Shown here: in pieces, positions 40,079 through 41,967 of the stretch
How positions within the stretch are numbered: the first letter of the stretch is position 1
How the letters are laid out: the number at the start of each line of letters is the position of its first letter
Origin: Bacteroidia bacterium
Lineage (GTDB): Bacteria > Bacteroidota > Bacteroidia > UKL13-3
Reading direction: 5' to 3'
DNA length: 41,967 nucleotides
Assembly (NCBI GenBank): GCA_018058165.1
Contig: JAGPCI010000001.1
Location: 1 to 41,967 of the forward strand
Position numbers and translations under genes: made by a program
Notes under the pieces: generated by a model
What the model was told of the DNA's origin: nothing
Database searches by the model: none
The model's input: the letters and a program-made list of their open reading frames with translations, nothing else

Positions 40079-40097
40079 ACAAAAGTTATATAAATGT

Positions 40098-40787
40098 TTA
40101 ACTATGAACCTTTTTTGTTTTGTTTAAAACATCATCAAGCATGCCATAATCTTTAGCTTCCTGGGCTGTCATCCAATAATCACGGTCGCTATCTTGTTGT
40201 ACTTTTTCAAAAGGTTGGCCGCTATGTTCAGCAATAATGTCGTATAATTCTTTTTTAAGTTTTTGTATTTCGCGAGCAGTAATTTCAATATCACTTGCTT
40301 GGCCTTGTGCACCACCTAAAGGTTGGTGAATCATTATACGGGCATGAGGTAATGCAGTACGTTTGCCTTTTGCTCCAGCGCACTGTAACACAGCACCCAT
40401 ACTTGCAGCTAAGCCAGTACAAATTGTTGCTACATCTGGGTTAATCCATTGCATGGTATCGTAAATGCCTAAACCTGCATATACGCTTCCTCCTGGCGAG
40501 TTAATGTACATTTGTACATCTCTTCGCGCATCCATCGAATCTAAAAATAATAATTGGGCTTGTACAATGTTTGCTACATAATCATCAATAGGCATTCCTA
40601 AAAAAATAATTCTGTCTGCCATTAAACGAGAAAAAACGTCAATTTCTCTAAAGTTCATAGGACGTTCTTCAATAACAGTACGGGTCATTCCTTCAACAGA
40701 ACTTTCTAGGTATGCATCAACTGCTATGCTACTAATGCCTTTGTGCTTAATCGCGTATTTTCTAAATTCTTTTCCGTGGTCCATCAT
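40098..40787 (-). CDS. clpP: ATP-dependent Clp protease proteolytic subunit
   Basis: [11 protein letters not shown]..., [34 protein letters not shown]-type catalytic Ser, IMIHQPLGG. Confidence 0.97.
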   Translation of the reverse strand: MMDHGKEFRKYAIKHKGISSIAVDAYLESSVEGMTRTVIEERPMNFREIDVFSRLMADRIIFLGMPIDDYVANIVQAQLLFLDSMDARRDVQMYINSPGGSVYAGLGIYDTMQWINPDVATICTGLAASMGAVLQCAGAKGKRTALPHARIMIHQPLGGAQGQASDIEITAREIQKLKKELYDIIAEHSGQPFEKVQQDSDRDYWMTAQEAKDYGMLDDVLNKTKKVHS

Positions 40788-40953
40788 AACGTGTTTTTAT
40801 TTGGTTGCAATATATAAAGTAGATTCTAAGTTTCAAGTGTTGTGCCATTTGAATTTACTGACATTTAATAACACTATTTGTGTATTGGTTTTAGGTTAAT
40901 ATCGAATTTGCATCGGCTAACTGTTTAAAATACTGCCAAACGACTAAATAATT

Positions 40954-40987
40954 AAAAAAAAAGACGCGATTTTGTCGCGTCTTTTTT
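40954..40987 (-). terminator. Rho-independent terminator after tig (AAGACGCGA / TCGCGTCTT flanked by A- and T-runs)
   Basis: 9-bp GC-rich stem with a 5-nt loop. U-run on the minus strand. Symmetric flanks make it potentially bidirectional. Confidence 0.75.
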
Positions 40988-41007
40988 GGGTTGATATAAA
41001 AAATATC

Positions 41008-41967
41008 TTAGTGATTATGTTCTTGATTGTGCTTAGCTACAAGTTCAAAAAACTCTTCGCTGCTCACTTCTTTTTCTTCTATTTTAACTTTGCTTTTAAT
41101 TACTTCACGTACTTTTTGTGAAACAGCAAGGTTAATCATACGGCTGCGGTAATCTTCTTTTTTCATGCTTGGTTCAATTATACCTTCAAGCATTTCATCG
41201 CTAATACCAGCAGTGCCATATGCACCAAACATGCTACGTGTATAGTTTAGTGCAGCTAGTTTAATATCTGCATCTTCTACCTTAACACCTGCATCGCTCA
41301 ATACTTTTTCTTCAAACAAATGGTTGCGCAAATAATTAGCTTCGTTACTATAATTTTCTTCAACATTTTCGGTGTTAAATTTATCTTCATGACGGTCGAT
41401 TAACCAACGCTTTAAAAATGCATCAGGTAATTCTATGTTTTGTTTAGCAACTAAAGATTCCATCATTTCGTGTTCAAGTAAATGATCTGCTTGGTCGCCA
41501 AAATAACTTTCCAATTCTGTTTTAATACGAGCACGTAATTCTTCAACTGAATTTACAACACCTTCGCCATAAGCTTTGTCAAACATTTCTTGGTTTAATT
41601 CTGCTTTTTCGTTGCGCTTAATGTCTTTTACCGTTACACGGAAATTTTTGTTGATATCAGCAACTGCTAATTTGTTTATGTTTAATGCATGAGACATTTC
41701 TGACTGGTCATTATCAAACAAATCGAACACATTTACATCAAATGTTTTACCAGGAGTTGAGCCTAAAAATTCAGTTTTGATTGCTTCGTTTTTAATTGAT
41801 TGAATTAAAATTGGTGTTGAGTCAGAGAATACACCACCTTCAAGTACATCGCCATTGTCGTTTAACTCGGACATGGTTGTGTATACAATATCGTTATCAG
41901 TAGCGGTATCAACATCCATTAAATTGCCCGAACGTTTTTGTAAACGGTCAACTTCTTCGTCAATCTG
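41008..41967 (-). CDS. tig: Trigger factor, C-terminal 319 codons (5' end beyond window end)
   Basis: The frame stays open to the window edge (QIDEEVDRLQKRSGNLMDVD...). The PPIase-less C-terminal arm pattern and the conserved tig-clpP-clpX order support the call. Confidence 0.85.
   Translation of the reverse strand, partial: QIDEEVDRLQKRSGNLMDVDTATDNDIVYTTMSELNDNGDVLEGGVFSDSTPILIQSIKNEAIKTEFLGSTPGKTFDVNVFDLFDNDQSEMSHALNINKLAVADINKNFRVTVKDIKRNEKAELNQEMFDKAYGEGVVNSVEELRARIKTELESYFGDQADHLLEHEMMESLVAKQNIELPDAFLKRWLIDRHEDKFNTENVEENYSNEANYLRNHLFEEKVLSDAGVKVEDADIKLAALNYTRSMFGAYGTAGISDEMLEGIIEPSMKKEDYRSRMINLAVSQKVREVIKSKVKIEEKEVSSEEFFELVAKHNQEHNH

Noticed and set aside
1-41967. Scan for CRISPR-like spaced repeats, tRNA/rRNA/tmRNA/SRP-like sequences, IS or integrase genes, and toxin-antitoxin or defence-type genes.
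   Set aside because: I found no regularly spaced direct repeats, no T-loop/acceptor-like tRNA signatures in the intergenic regions, and no ORF resembling a transposase, integrase, nuclease or defence protein. Apart from the small regulatory-type elements reported, the window looks like stable core chromosome.

Overview
AT-rich (roughly one-third G+C by eye) chromosomal window of Bacteroidota type. Supporting signs: -33 TTG / -7 TAnnTTTG promoter boxes, almost no Shine-Dalgarno sequences, fusA followed directly by rpsJ with no tuf, a Cys-poor type-B L36, DUF3109, and an S46 peptidase. It is mostly core housekeeping. In order: partial rnhB, ferritin, and a formate-THF ligase gene interrupted by one in-frame TAA. 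Next comes a small surface-glycan locus (GT4 glycosyltransferase, Wzx-like flippase, Wzz-like protein, O-antigen-ligase/Wzy_C-like protein) and alanine dehydrogenase. Then yceD-rpmF-plsX-fabH and accB-accC. A roughly 17 kb fused str/S10/spc/alpha ribosomal super-operon follows (rpsL to rplQ, including fusA, secY, infA, rpmJ, rpoA) and ends in a strong terminator. After that: DUF3109, an outer-membrane beta-barrel fusion protein coupled to queG, an S46 dipeptidyl-peptidase, three tandem paralogous small beta-barrel-like secreted proteins, and clpX-clpP-tig on the minus strand. I found no tRNA/rRNA genes, CRISPR arrays, transposases, integrases or recognisable defence genes, and no convincing novel multi-gene system. 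The accessory-looking parts are the glycan locus and the beta-barrel triplet. The more interesting signals are small-scale: the nonsense-split fhs, a lone canonical SD before rplF, a structured 150-nt spacer inside the spc operon, a conserved GC-rich block after the -7 box of translation-gene promoters, and intercistronic terminator-like hairpins in accBC and clpPX. All homology calls come from reading the translations, with no database search.
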